Counted from the stretch's first letter, positions 1-9,540 are shown. The stretch is 29,734 nucleotides of DNA from a virus (IMGVR_UViG_3300036794_000026:1-29734); one strand, 5' to 3'. Made by a program: numbers and translations. Notes: a model not told the origin generated them from the letters alone.

Positions 1-54
1 TTGAAAGAGGTACTACTTACGTACGTCCACGCGCGTAAGTAGTACCTCTTTCAA
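1..54. repeat. Perfect 21-bp inverted repeat (hairpin/cruciform)
   Basis: 1-21 TTGAAAGAGGTACTACTTACG is the exact reverse complement of 34-54 CGTAAGTAGTACCTCTTTCAA, with a 12-nt spacer. It starts at base 1, so it may extend beyond the window. Confidence 0.95.
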
Positions 55-85
55 CGGGAGCGTCTGTAACAGGACGCTCCCGTTG
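52..85. repeat. Second inverted repeat, 13-bp stem
   Basis: 52-64 CAACGGGAGCGTC pairs with 73-85 GACGCTCCCGTTG. It overlaps the first hairpin by 3 nt and the extended -10 element at its 3' end. Confidence 0.9.
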
Positions 86-92
86 CTATAAT
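84..92 (+). promoter_or_regulatory. Extended -10 promoter (TG-C-TATAAT), probably leaderless transcript
   Basis: Perfect TGnTATAAT lies 7 nt before ATG 100, with no clear Shine-Dalgarno. Confidence 0.7.
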
Positions 93-99
93 CAGTGAG

Positions 100-555
100 A
101 TGCCTGCCACTTCACCACAATTGCCCGTCGATGACGGCATTGTCACATCCGCCAAGGAGTTCTCTGACGTACTGACGCAGGAGCTTACTGATGACGAAAT
201 CAAGCGCGCCTTCGAGTTGACCGTACGCATCAGTCACAAGTGGCACGAAAAATTCGTCAGCCGCTTCGGCCCGCACAGTCTCTTCACTCCAGAGGAGGCG
301 CTAGAAGCTCTTGACGAATTCGAAGAGGAGTTGAAGTACGAACTCGCCACGAAGCTTCATGTGTTCGCCACCGTGGACCCCACGCCGATCTTCGAGGGGC
401 AGCCGCCCATCGTTGAGTTCACAGGCGCTTTGCCATCACACGCCATCGCTAAGCAGGGCTTCGACCACGAGAAGAAGACCTGGGAGGTCCAGCATGCCAC
501 GGATCGCGGCGAGGACTACTACGGGCAAAAGGGGAAACATAAGAGGAAGAAATAG
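100..555 (+). CDS. Hypothetical protein immediately upstream of TerL (possible small terminase/packaging-associated)
   Basis: 151-aa ORF with typical codon usage whose stop abuts the TerL ATG. Function is positional inference only. Confidence 0.7.
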   Translation: MPATSPQLPVDDGIVTSAKEFSDVLTQELTDDEIKRAFELTVRISHKWHEKFVSRFGPHSLFTPEEALEALDEFEEELKYELATKLHVFATVDPTPIFEGQPPIVEFTGALPSHAIAKQGFDHEKKTWEVQHATDRGEDYYGQKGKHKRKK

Positions 556-3465
556 ATGGACCTGCTATCGCAAGCGCTCAACCAACTAGCACCAAAGAAT
601 GTTGGTATCGAGGAGTTCGCTGAATCATCAGATTACTGTAACCCTACAGATGCTCCTCTCTGGATGGCCGACTTGTCTTTCAGACCTATCGGGTCTGTTC
701 ATATTGGTGACCAAATTATGGGGTGGCGGCAAGAAGGTAATCATCGTCGCTTGTGTGCATCAGAAGTGCTAGGGGTCAAAACGAGATTTGCATCCTTGGT
801 CAAAGTCACTATGGAGTCGGGGCGTAGTTTTAGATGTACACCAGATCATCTATGGTTGACGGGATCGATGGGAAAGGGAAAGCCGAGAATTACTAACGCT
901 TCGCAAGTATCCGGAGAGTGGTTTTGTCCGCCCAAGGAGGGGCGTACTCTGATTCATGTAATTGATCCTACTCCCGAGTTGGAATACGCTGAGCATCTAC
1001 GCTCAGCGGCATGGCTAGGGGGGATTTTTGACGGAGAGGGATCTGTTAGTCGTCAATCTGCTCTTTCAATAGCTCAATCAACAACACACAATCCAGAGGT
1101 ATGTAAAAAGATCGAGAGTGTGTTGGATGAATTTGGATTTAGTTGGTCTAGGACGGATCGCGCCTATTGTTTGCGTGCTGGTAAAACGTCGCTTCGTGTG
1201 GCGGGTAGCAACGCCAATTCAAACCAGATGCTTACCAATTTTGCCAATTGGTGTCAGCCTGCGAAGCGCGAGGGGTTGATCGCTAAGGTGATGAAAGCCG
1301 GATGGCGCACCAAGGATCGCATAGTGGCTATTGAACCTGATGAAGAAACACTTGTGGTGGCGCTTACGACATCTACTGGAAATTACGTTTGTAATGGATA
1401 TGCCTCGAAGAATTGTGGCGAAAACCTCTACCCTGCTCAACGCGTCCTCCTCAAGACATTCTTCCTAGAGGAGCTGACAGGCGAGGAGGAGGACCTTCTC
1501 ACTTACTGGATCAACGGTGGTCATAACGGGACCGATATCGTGATCTCGCCCAACATTCGCGAGCGCGTCGAATGGCTACGCGAAGCTGACTTTCCGCACT
1601 TCCGAGAGATCGCCCTAGTGGGAGGGCGTCGTAGTTCCAAGGGTTTCTGCACCGGGGTTTCCATGGCTAAAGTCATGTGGAATACCCTTCAGCTTCAAGA
1701 TCCGGGTGCGCATTACGGCATCGCGCCTGAGAAGGAGATCTACTTCTCCTGCATCGCTGGTTCTCAGGAACAGGCTCAGGGTCGTCAGTACGCCGATTTC
1801 TCGTCCACGGTCGAGACGTGCAAGGCGTTTGATCCTTACATCGTCAAGTCCCTTGAGACGGAGATCCGCGTAGCCACCAACGCCGACCTTCAGCGTATCG
1901 CCCAAGAGAAAACCCGAGGCAACCGTATCCAGAAAGACATCGCACGCCTACGCGGTAACGCCATGGCGGCGAACGCAGGTACCATTCGCGGACTTGCCAT
2001 GATGGCATACTGCATTGACGAGATCGCGTTCATGTTGCCCGGTGAGTCTAAGTCATCCCCGAATAAGATCTATGAAGCTGCTAACCCGTCTCTTGGTCAG
2101 TTCGGTGTCGATGGCCTAGCCTTCCTCAACAGCTCGCCTTACACCAAGATCGGCCTCTTCTACGAAAAGTACGTGGAGGGGCTGATTCCGTTTGATCCGA
2201 CACGCCCAGTGGACGAGCCAGCTCCTCTTATGGAAGATGGTTTCGATCTACGTAACCGCAATGGAGAACCTCGTCTATTTGTTATCCAGTTTCCTTCATG
2301 GGGAATGTACGAAGGCTACCAGAAAGCCAAAAACCGAGCCAAGCTGAAATCGGTTCTGATGGCCTCGCCGGACTGGGACCCGAATGCGAAAGATGAGAAG
2401 GGCGAGGATCTTTGGACTGAAAAAGACAAGCAACTGATCCGCACGGCGCGAGCAGAAGAGCAGGCCAACCCCGAGGGATTCAAGGTCGAGTACAGGGGCA
2501 AATTTGCCGAGGTCACCGACGCCTACATGGAACCGCGCCGCATCGATGAAATGTTCGCTGGTCTGCCTCATGAATGGGTCTATGACGAGAAGGCAGACAA
2601 CCCCGAGGTACCGAAACTCGTCCTGCTGCCATTCCGCTCGAACACAGGTGTGGATGCCACCAACATGTTCCGCTACAAGTTCCACCTGGACCCATCGAGC
2701 ACGACGGCTGGTTTCGGATTCGCCATCGCGCACACCGAGACGATCCCGGACTGGAAGGGCATCTCAGAGGAGCACGTAGTCTTCGATCTGATCAAGCGCT
2801 GGCAGCCACAGAAATTCCCCGGCAAAGTGATTCGCTGGCCCACCATCCTGGATGAGGTCATGAAATACGCCGAATACTTCTTCCCCTTCGAGATCACCCT
2901 CGATCAGCACGAGTCACAGCAGCCGGTGCAGGAACTCTCCGAAAAACTGATCGAACGCAATATCCCGACGCGCATCTATATCAAGCCCGCGACCGCCGAA
3001 CTGAACTGGCATCGCTGGGAGGTCTGCAAGACCTCTATCTATGCTAAATTGGTCCACGCTCCGAACGACACCGAGGACACCCGCTGGTGCTCTCAGGAGT
3101 TGAAGTTCCTCCAGATCCAAGGCGGGACGAGCAAGTTCCCGCGCGTGGACAGGCAGGAAATCGGACCTGTGCAGACCAAGGATATGGCTGACTGCGTGGC
3201 CGAGTGTGTCAACACCCTGATTGGTAATCAGATCAGCAACAGGACCCGCGAGCGGCTATCTCACAGTGCCGTGCTGGGAGGGGCCGAAGGAGGCTACGGG
3301 ATCGGCTTCAGCGGCAACACTTTGCGGCCTGGTGGAGCGCCGCCCAACCTGGATAATTACGAGTTCGACAAAGCCCGCAAGGCCCAGCAAGCATTCCAAA
3401 GCCCGACCCGTGGCGCACTGGGTCACGGACGGGGTAGACGCGGAAGTAATAGGGCAAGGTGGTAA
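556..3465 (+). CDS. terL: Terminase large subunit, intein-containing
   Basis: Adenine-binding-like LYPAQ, Walker A-like GGRRSSKG (1621-1644), Walker B YCIDE, coupling motif NSSP, RNase H-like nuclease HLDPS...TLDQ...KDMADC. Lies upstream of the portal. Confidence 0.9.
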   Translation: MDLLSQALNQLAPKNVGIEEFAESSDYCNPTDAPLWMADLSFRPIGSVHIGDQIMGWRQEGNHRRLCASEVLGVKTRFASLVKVTMESGRSFRCTPDHLWLTGSMGKGKPRITNASQVSGEWFCPPKEGRTLIHVIDPTPELEYAEHLRSAAWLGGIFDGEGSVSRQSALSIAQSTTHNPEVCKKIESVLDEFGFSWSRTDRAYCLRAGKTSLRVAGSNANSNQMLTNFANWCQPAKREGLIAKVMKAGWRTKDRIVAIEPDEETLVVALTTSTGNYVCNGYASKNCGENLYPAQRVLLKTFFLEELTGEEEDLLTYWINGGHNGTDIVISPNIRERVEWLREADFPHFREIALVGGRRSSKGFCTGVSMAKVMWNTLQLQDPGAHYGIAPEKEIYFSCIAGSQEQAQGRQYADFSSTVETCKAFDPYIVKSLETEIRVATNADLQRIAQEKTRGNRIQKDIARLRGNAMAANAGTIRGLAMMAYCIDEIAFMLPGESKSSPNKIYEAANPSLGQFGVDGLAFLNSSPYTKIGLFYEKYVEGLIPFDPTRPVDEPAPLMEDGFDLRNRNGEPRLFVIQFPSWGMYEGYQKAKNRAKLKSVLMASPDWDPNAKDEKGEDLWTEKDKQLIRTARAEEQANPEGFKVEYRGKFAEVTDAYMEPRRIDEMFAGLPHEWVYDEKADNPEVPKLVLLPFRSNTGVDATNMFRYKFHLDPSSTTAGFGFAIAHTETIPDWKGISEEHVVFDLIKRWQPQKFPGKVIRWPTILDEVMKYAEYFFPFEITLDQHESQQPVQELSEKLIERNIPTRIYIKPATAELNWHRWEVCKTSIYAKLVHAPNDTEDTRWCSQELKFLQIQGGTSKFPRVDRQEIGPVQTKDMADCVAECVNTLIGNQISNRTRERLSHSAVLGGAEGGYGIGFSGNTLRPGGAPPNLDNYEFDKARKAQQAFQSPTRGALGHGRGRRGSNRARW
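637..1413 (+). mobile_element. Intein (259 aa) with LAGLIDADG-type homing endonuclease in TerL
   Basis: N-junction DY|CNPTDAPL, block B CTPDHLW, WLGGIFDGEG motif, C-junction YASKN|C. Codon usage is visibly more AT-rich than the flanks. Confidence 0.9.
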
Positions 3466-3484
3466 CACGCTTACAAAACTCTAG

Positions 3485-3505
3485 CTTCTGCGTTGTAATG
3501 GCTGA
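3485..3505 (+). promoter_or_regulatory. Candidate phage late-promoter motif
   Basis: CTTCTGCGTTGTAATGGCTGA matches 23838-23858 CATCTACGTTATAATGGGTGA at 17/21 positions; both lie directly at start codons. Confidence 0.45.
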
Positions 3506-4509
3506 TGACAACGCTCGCACCCACCTTTGTCCGTGAAGGTAATCAGGTTCTAGCCTTCTACGACGACCGTCTTATCGCACAGGGCACCGTCTTTGCGAAG
3601 GTCGAGGAGTCGGCACTGGAGTACCTCGACAACCTGTCGCTCGACCGCAACACGAAAGACATCGAGCAGAAGAAGGCTCGCGCCACCCATATCGTTACTC
3701 CAAGCGGGCTCAAAGGTGAAATCCTCGGCAACCACGAGGGCCAATGGGGCGAGAAGCTCATCACTGTGCGCCTAGAGAACGGCCGCATTGCGCGCCTCCA
3801 GGCACATGCCGGGAACGACAAGGACATCGAGTACCAGACCATTGAGGCCGCAGCGCCCGAGAGTGCCCTTGAGTACCTCGAAGGCGCGCTCAATGAGACG
3901 CCCGATGGCACCAGGGAGTCGTTGGCTGCGCGCATCGACAGCCTTGATGGGCTAGTGGTCGCAGCTACGGAGTTCCAGCGCCACGCTTCTTACGAGGAGC
4001 AGCGCACGGCCAGCGAGATCGTCATCTCTGCTGAGCACGAGAAGCGCGAGGTTCGTGACGCACTCGCCCACCTAGAGCTAGCAGACGCAGAAGCCTTCGC
4101 GCCGCCTGCACCGTTCAAGTCGGGCGCAGTCGAGCAGGCTTCGCTCGGTGGCGGATCAGGCAACTGGCTCGATGAGACTGTCAACGACATGATCGCTGAA
4201 AGCTCTAACCAAGACTTCGATCGCCTACTCGCCGAGGAGCCTGGCCAGTTCGTTGCCAGCCTCGACACAGGTGCTCTGGCTGACCAGGGTATCACGCGCG
4301 AGATGGCTCTCTCACACATCGTCTCCAAGACGGCTGCCTACCAGGGCGAAGCTATCGATGAGTACCGCGAGCAGTTCCTAGCCAAAGTTGAGCAGGCACG
4401 CCGCGATGAGTTGAAAGATCGCACCAAGTCTGCCAAGAAGACGGCAGAGAAGACGGCAAAGAAAGAGAAGAAGGCGAAGAAGCTCCCCGACGACGCTCTC
4501 TTCCTGTAA
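3505..4509 (+). CDS. Hypothetical protein, probable head/virion-associated
   Basis: 334-aa Ala/Glu-rich helical ORF between TerL and portal. Has a Lys-rich C-terminus and RHA/KTA motifs. Confidence 0.75.
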   Translation: MTTLAPTFVREGNQVLAFYDDRLIAQGTVFAKVEESALEYLDNLSLDRNTKDIEQKKARATHIVTPSGLKGEILGNHEGQWGEKLITVRLENGRIARLQAHAGNDKDIEYQTIEAAAPESALEYLEGALNETPDGTRESLAARIDSLDGLVVAATEFQRHASYEEQRTASEIVISAEHEKREVRDALAHLELADAEAFAPPAPFKSGAVEQASLGGGSGNWLDETVNDMIAESSNQDFDRLLAEEPGQFVASLDTGALADQGITREMALSHIVSKTAAYQGEAIDEYREQFLAKVEQARRDELKDRTKSAKKTAEKTAKKEKKAKKLPDDALFL

Positions 4510-4511
4510 CC

Positions 4512-5444
4512 ATGACAGATTTCGCAGGCATCTTCGAAGTACTCGCATCAGACCAGAGCGACGCTCGTCTAGCATCGCGCAAGGCGCTGGTGCTTTCGCG
4601 TGATCGCATCGACGCACGCCTTGGCAAGTTCCTTGCGGCCTCTCGTAGCCCCGAGGAATTCGACGCTCGCTACGACCTCGTTGCAGATGACTTCGCGGGT
4701 ATCGTTCGCGTTGCCGCAAACGAGGTAGGTCATCAGGACCCCGACAGCCTCGTAGAGACGCTTCACGCTCACTACCGCGAGGCAGGCAAGCCGCCGTGGC
4801 TGGAGGACGACAGCGATGACGAGGACAGCGACACAGAGGCAGACGAGAAGCCGAAGTCCAAGAAGGACAAGAAGAACAAGGACGAGGATTCTGACGACGA
4901 GGGGGATGACTCGCTTGAGTTCGCGGCTAAGACCGCTGGTGCCGTCCCTTTTCAGCGAACCGCTGACGACGACCCTGAGGACACCCTGACCGACTGGGAG
5001 CGCCAGATGGTCAATGAAGGGAAGGCCAAGCGCGATGGTAGTGGGATCGTTCTCCTCAACCCTGACATGCACACCCCGCCGGAGAAGGAGTCAAAGACTG
5101 CCGCTCCCGAGGGCAACACGGGTCTGGCCGGTCCGTCTCCGAAGATGGACAAGAAGCGCTGGACTCCCAAGAGCGTGAAACCGATCGATGTTCCTAGCGA
5201 GCGTCACCCCACTGTCCAGAAGGACATTCTGGAGATCATGCCGAAAGAGAACGAGGGTCCTCCAGGAGATGCGCACAACCTTGAGGAGATTTGGTCACTC
5301 ACAACGACCGAGACTCTACCTACTGCTACCGGCCTTGATGACGCAGGCTTCGCGGGTAACAACCAGGACATGGCTCCGCACACGAAAACCTTCGGTGACG
5401 GCGGACAGGTTGATCCTGTCAAATCTGAGTCCTTGGGGGCGTAG
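4512..5444 (+). CDS. Acidic low-complexity protein, possible scaffold/internal head protein
   Basis: 310 aa. Helical N-terminus, REAGKPPW, D/E/K-rich tract, and KTA (4929), RTA (4956) and KTA (5094) motifs. Confidence 0.75.
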   Translation: MTDFAGIFEVLASDQSDARLASRKALVLSRDRIDARLGKFLAASRSPEEFDARYDLVADDFAGIVRVAANEVGHQDPDSLVETLHAHYREAGKPPWLEDDSDDEDSDTEADEKPKSKKDKKNKDEDSDDEGDDSLEFAAKTAGAVPFQRTADDDPEDTLTDWERQMVNEGKAKRDGSGIVLLNPDMHTPPEKESKTAAPEGNTGLAGPSPKMDKKRWTPKSVKPIDVPSERHPTVQKDILEIMPKENEGPPGDAHNLEEIWSLTTTETLPTATGLDDAGFAGNNQDMAPHTKTFGDGGQVDPVKSESLGA

Positions 5445-6478
5445 TGCCTCTTCGCTTCGACAAAGCCTCTCGCGACGAATGGCTAGCTCTCGGCAGCAAG
5501 TCGCATACGTGTGAGTCGTGCTGCGCTGGTGACTGCAAGGATTGCTCAGGCACTTGCGACTGCACTAGCTGCCACGGCAAGGGCGCAAGTGCCCTAGACG
5601 CGCTGGAAAGCAAGCATGCTGACGTGCTGGCAGAACCCGCCCAGCACAATCCCGACCTACTACTGCTGCCCCCGGCTGCCGACCCAAAGACGATGCCCTG
5701 CACGCATTGCGGAGCCCAGCTTGCGCCATTTGTACTTGAGCATCGGCTGAACTGCCCGCATTGTGGAAGTAAACAGGAGCCGATTCGCTGGGAGGGTGTG
5801 ATGGGTTCTACGCGCACCGCTGCACCGATCTTTCAAGAGCAGCAGTTTGTTCCTCCTGCTGCGCCGCATGTTCATCCTAACGATCGCCAAGCACCAGCTT
5901 GGGGCAACGTACAGTCATGCAGCAATTGCGGCCATGCCATGAGCACCTTCGAGGGTCAGAGGGGCGCTATGTGTCCCAACTGCGGCAACGAGGAGGCGAT
6001 CATGAGCCCGCGCGCAAGCGTACGGGCAGCAGACGCTTCAATGCCTCCCGAGGGTCCACCGATGGCTCAGAAAGACACCGCACTGCCGTACAATCCGGGC
6101 GCGTATGAGGGCATGGTCGAGGGCATGCACCCGGCTGCACAGTTCACCTACGAACGAGCGGTTCAGCAGGGAGCAGCACCGCAGGCAGCCATGGCAGCAG
6201 CGCAGGAAAAACAGGGCGAAATGATGAAACGCACCCAAGAAGGACAGAACACCGAGGGTGTGCAAATCCCTGTTGTTGGTTCTCTCGCTGCAAGTGAATA
6301 CAATGACGATGAGCCAGAGGGAATGAGTAAAGAGGAATGGGCTGAGAAAAACGGAGGCGATACTGCCAAGGCTCGTGAAGAAGATGAAAGATGGCAGCGC
6401 GAATTGCATGATAAAGAGCTAAAGCGACAAGGTTTCGTAACTTCCGCAACTCTCAAGCGCGTTTCACATCTGTTTTAG
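5444..6478 (+). CDS. Cys-rich, zinc-ribbon modular protein
   Basis: GTG start overlaps the upstream TAG. 8 Cys in 21 aa near the N-terminus, then CTHC/CPHC and CSNC/CPNC pairs. Confidence 0.75.
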   Translation: MPLRFDKASRDEWLALGSKSHTCESCCAGDCKDCSGTCDCTSCHGKGASALDALESKHADVLAEPAQHNPDLLLLPPAADPKTMPCTHCGAQLAPFVLEHRLNCPHCGSKQEPIRWEGVMGSTRTAAPIFQEQQFVPPAAPHVHPNDRQAPAWGNVQSCSNCGHAMSTFEGQRGAMCPNCGNEEAIMSPRASVRAADASMPPEGPPMAQKDTALPYNPGAYEGMVEGMHPAAQFTYERAVQQGAAPQAAMAAAQEKQGEMMKRTQEGQNTEGVQIPVVGSLAASEYNDDEPEGMSKEEWAEKNGGDTAKAREEDERWQRELHDKELKRQGFVTSATLKRVSHLF

Positions 6479-6494
6479 CCTGCTATAGTGCAGG
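6479..6494 (+). promoter_or_regulatory. Extended -10 (TG-C-TATAGT) in the loop of a small hairpin before the HNH gene
   Basis: CCTGC-TATAGT-GCAGG, with ATG at 6498. AGCCTGCTATA (6477-6487) is identical to 19443-19453. Confidence 0.55.
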
Positions 6495-6497
6495 TGA

Positions 6498-6974
6498 ATG
6501 ATACCCGCTGCGCAAAGGGCGCGGGAATGGCGTGAACGTCATCCCAATGCCGACAAAGAAGCCAAAGAACGATATCGAGCAAAACCTCAGACTCGACAGC
6601 GTATCAAAGAAACCCGTTTGGTCGCCGATCGCGAATGGCGCGATAGGAATCGAGAGAAGGTACGCTCCATTCAGCGTCGTCAAAATCACTTGAGGCGTGG
6701 AGTATGTGGATCATACACGGATAAGCAGCTAAATGCGCGCATCGATTTCTATGGAGGCCGCTGCTATCTCTGTGGCTGTGATTGGAGGGCGTTGCCCACT
6801 AAGGCAAATGCTGCTCCCGGAGAACGATACAAAACTATTGATCATGTGATCCCGGTTAGTAAGGGAGGATCTAGTTGGCCCGCTAATCTCCGTCCTTTTT
6901 GTAATGCCTGCAATTCGAGCAAGAACGCGAAAACCGCTCCAATCAACGGGGTAATACTTGATGTCAGACTATGA
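6498..6974 (+). CDS. HNH endonuclease (free-standing, homing-type)
   Basis: Basic Arg-rich N-terminus, CYLC, TIDHVIPVSKGG...ANLRPFCNACNSSK. Lower GC than neighbours. Confidence 0.9.
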   Translation: MIPAAQRAREWRERHPNADKEAKERYRAKPQTRQRIKETRLVADREWRDRNREKVRSIQRRQNHLRRGVCGSYTDKQLNARIDFYGGRCYLCGCDWRALPTKANAAPGERYKTIDHVIPVSKGGSSWPANLRPFCNACNSSKNAKTAPINGVILDVRL

Positions 6975-9540
6975 TCAACAAAAGCTCGATGCGGAGCTAG
7001 AGCGTTTGCGGAGAAATGGCTTGGTACTTCCGCGTCATTCTGGTCGTGCTGCTCAATCCTACGGTGAGGCCGTAACACAAACGCGCTCGCTCCAGAAGGC
7101 CGCTGGAGTCAGCCTTGAGAACCTCTCCTACCGCCTCGGCAAAACGGTCACATCGGACAATATCCAATCACCTGAGGTACAGCGGATGCTCAAAGAGAAC
7201 GCGGCCAAGATCCAGGCCATGGACTCCAAACGCACTCTGTCGAGGCGCATGCAGCGCACGGCAGCGAGTGTTTCTCCGAGCGGCACCGATGCGCAGAACG
7301 CTATCCCGCGCTTCTACGATCCGCTTGAGTACTGGGATCTCTCAGGTCTACCGTGGAACGTAGCGGACGAGGGCCATCGTCACAAGCTCCACAAGTGGCT
7401 GCGCCTGTACTACGCGACCCACTACCTGGTGCCGACGCTGATCGACATCTTCACGCGCTTCCCGCTGATCGGCATGGAGTTCGAATGCAAGGATCACGCG
7501 CTGACGGACATCTACGAGGAGATTTTCATGCGCAACCTCAGCTACGACGAGTTCTTCGTCTCACTGGGTCGCGAGTACTGGTGCGTCGGCGAGGCATTCC
7601 CGCTGGGCTCATTCGATGAGGATCTCGGCGTCTGGGAGCACGAGGAGTTGATCAACCCCGAGGACGTGGTGATCGACAACTTCCCGTTCCTCAACACGCA
7701 GCAGTTGAAGATCGTTCCGCCCGACTACCTGCGCCGCATCGCTCAGACCAAGAGCCCTACGCGCGAGTGGTACATGCTCCAGGAGCACTACGCGGACCTC
7801 ATCCCGTACCTCCTCAAGGGCGAGCACATCCCGATCTCCCCGGTGATGATCCGCCAGGTCGCCAACAAGATGAACAACTGGGACGACCACGGCACGCCGA
7901 TTCTGCTCCGTGGTCTGCGTACGCTGCTCTACGAGGAAAAGCTACTCGCCTCCCAGGAAGCCATCGCCGAGCGTCTGTACTCGCCGCTGATCCTCGCCAA
8001 GCTTGGGATCATGGACATGGGCGAGGGCCTGCCTCCGTGGATTCCGACACCTGCTGAGCTTGAGTCCGTACGTGACGATCTTGACGTCGCGCTCGCATCC
8101 GACTTCCGCCTCATGGTGCATCACTTTGGGCTCGACATTACGTCAGTCTTCGGACGCGAGCAGATGCCTCGCCTTGGTGATGACTTCGATCGCATCGAGC
8201 GTCGCATCATGCAGGTCTTCGGCGTCAACCCGTCACTGCTCTCCGCTGGTTCGAACTCACAGCCGTACGCATCAAGCGCCCTGCAAGCTGAGTTCATGAA
8301 TCAGATCCTCAAGACGTTCCAGAACATGCTCAAGGCACATTACCGTGAGCGTGCTCTCGTCGTTGCTGAGGCGCAGGGTCACCAGGACTACGAAAAAAAG
8401 GGACAGACGCGCGTACCTATCTTCGAGCGCGTTGTTGTCTATGACGAAGAAGGCAACAAGCAGATCAAGGAGGTCCCGAAGCTGCTCGTGCCGGATCTCA
8501 CCTTCGCCACTTTCGACCTACGCGACGAGGCCACTGAGCGTCAGTTCCTCATGGAGCTACGCCAGATGGGTGTGACATTGCCGACTGCAGACCTACTCAT
8601 TGGTGTGGACTGGAAGTACAAAGACAAGATCAATGAGTACAACACCGAGTTGAAGGAGCAGACCATCGCGCAGCAGCAAGCGAAGATGGAGACGTACTAC
8701 GCGCTCACGGTGAAAGGTCTACCAGTACCGCTCGACCTCAAGGCTGAGTGTGAGTCCGTGCTGATCCACGGACCTGGCGCAGGCGGAGGCGCACCACAGG
8801 GTATGCAGGGTGGGGGAGCCCCAGGAGGAGCACCGGGCGGACCCGGTGGCGCACCGCCTCCAGGAGGACCAGGGGGAGCCCCAGGAGGCGCAGGGATCGT
8901 CATGCCGCCAGCACCCCCAGGACTAGGCTCAGGACCCGGTACAGCGCCTCCAGGTGGCGGACCTCCCGCGACCTCTCCGATGCAGCCTGGCGCACCTGGT
9001 ACGGTGCCGCAGGTGAGCAACGAGCGACGCCCTGGTCTGACCTATAACACGTCCAACGATGGCGTCCCGCGCCTAAGCGTAGCGGAAGGCTCTGAGCTAG
9101 ACAAGTTCCTGGGCGATCACCCGGATCTTGGCCTGCCGTTCGTGGACTACTTGGAGGATCACTACAAAGGTCAGGACCTGGAGCGTATCTCGCGCAAAAC
9201 GCTCAACGACCTGCACTCCAAGTGGCCCAAGCATGCGTCCACCTACCAACAACGCATCGCCGATGAGGTAGCTGCTAGACTAGCCGCGCTGGCTGAGGAG
9301 ATAGAGCCCGATGCTACACTGGCAGAGCCCGAGAAGGAGTTTGTACTCAAGTCCAACCAAGAGCTTCAGAAGACGGCAGGCGGAGAAGAGATCATCGTTG
9401 AAACTCCCATCAAGCGCCGTGTACAGATAGACCCAATCGCTGGAAAGAAGTACTCCATGATCGACTCTCTAGCCCCCGAACCTAACGAGGATGAAGACGC
9501 AAGTGAGCAACCAAACCCCGCAGAGCCAAAGTCCGCTTGA
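6961..9540 (+). CDS. Portal protein with long Pro/Gly-rich and acidic C-terminal extension
   Basis: Large conserved-looking core (RFYDPLEYWD, LIDIFTRFPL, GREYWCVGEAF, HGTPILLR, QVFGVNPSLLS) resembling portals of large actinophages, downstream of TerL. ATG 6961 preferred over TTG 6958. Confidence 0.8.
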   Translation: MSDYDQQKLDAELERLRRNGLVLPRHSGRAAQSYGEAVTQTRSLQKAAGVSLENLSYRLGKTVTSDNIQSPEVQRMLKENAAKIQAMDSKRTLSRRMQRTAASVSPSGTDAQNAIPRFYDPLEYWDLSGLPWNVADEGHRHKLHKWLRLYYATHYLVPTLIDIFTRFPLIGMEFECKDHALTDIYEEIFMRNLSYDEFFVSLGREYWCVGEAFPLGSFDEDLGVWEHEELINPEDVVIDNFPFLNTQQLKIVPPDYLRRIAQTKSPTREWYMLQEHYADLIPYLLKGEHIPISPVMIRQVANKMNNWDDHGTPILLRGLRTLLYEEKLLASQEAIAERLYSPLILAKLGIMDMGEGLPPWIPTPAELESVRDDLDVALASDFRLMVHHFGLDITSVFGREQMPRLGDDFDRIERRIMQVFGVNPSLLSAGSNSQPYASSALQAEFMNQILKTFQNMLKAHYRERALVVAEAQGHQDYEKKGQTRVPIFERVVVYDEEGNKQIKEVPKLLVPDLTFATFDLRDEATERQFLMELRQMGVTLPTADLLIGVDWKYKDKINEYNTELKEQTIAQQQAKMETYYALTVKGLPVPLDLKAECESVLIHGPGAGGGAPQGMQGGGAPGGAPGGPGGAPPPGGPGGAPGGAGIVMPPAPPGLGSGPGTAPPGGGPPATSPMQPGAPGTVPQVSNERRPGLTYNTSNDGVPRLSVAEGSELDKFLGDHPDLGLPFVDYLEDHYKGQDLERISRKTLNDLHSKWPKHASTYQQRIADEVAARLAALAEEIEPDATLAEPEKEFVLKSNQELQKTAGGEEIIVETPIKRRVQIDPIAGKKYSMIDSLAPEPNEDEDASEQPNPAEPKSA
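8770..9009 (+). repeat. Pro/Gly low-complexity coding repeat (GGAPGG-like)
   Basis: Repeated GGAPGG/PPGG units in the portal C-terminal region. Confidence 0.85.

Noticed and set aside
556-3465. RVA and RTA tripeptides inside TerL as cleavage sites
   Set aside because: They lie within folded enzyme regions. They show the motif also occurs by chance, so only boundary-located copies were counted.
8697-9020. Minus-strand Pro/Gly-rich ORF
   Set aside because: Antisense shadow of the portal's GGN/CCN low-complexity tract.
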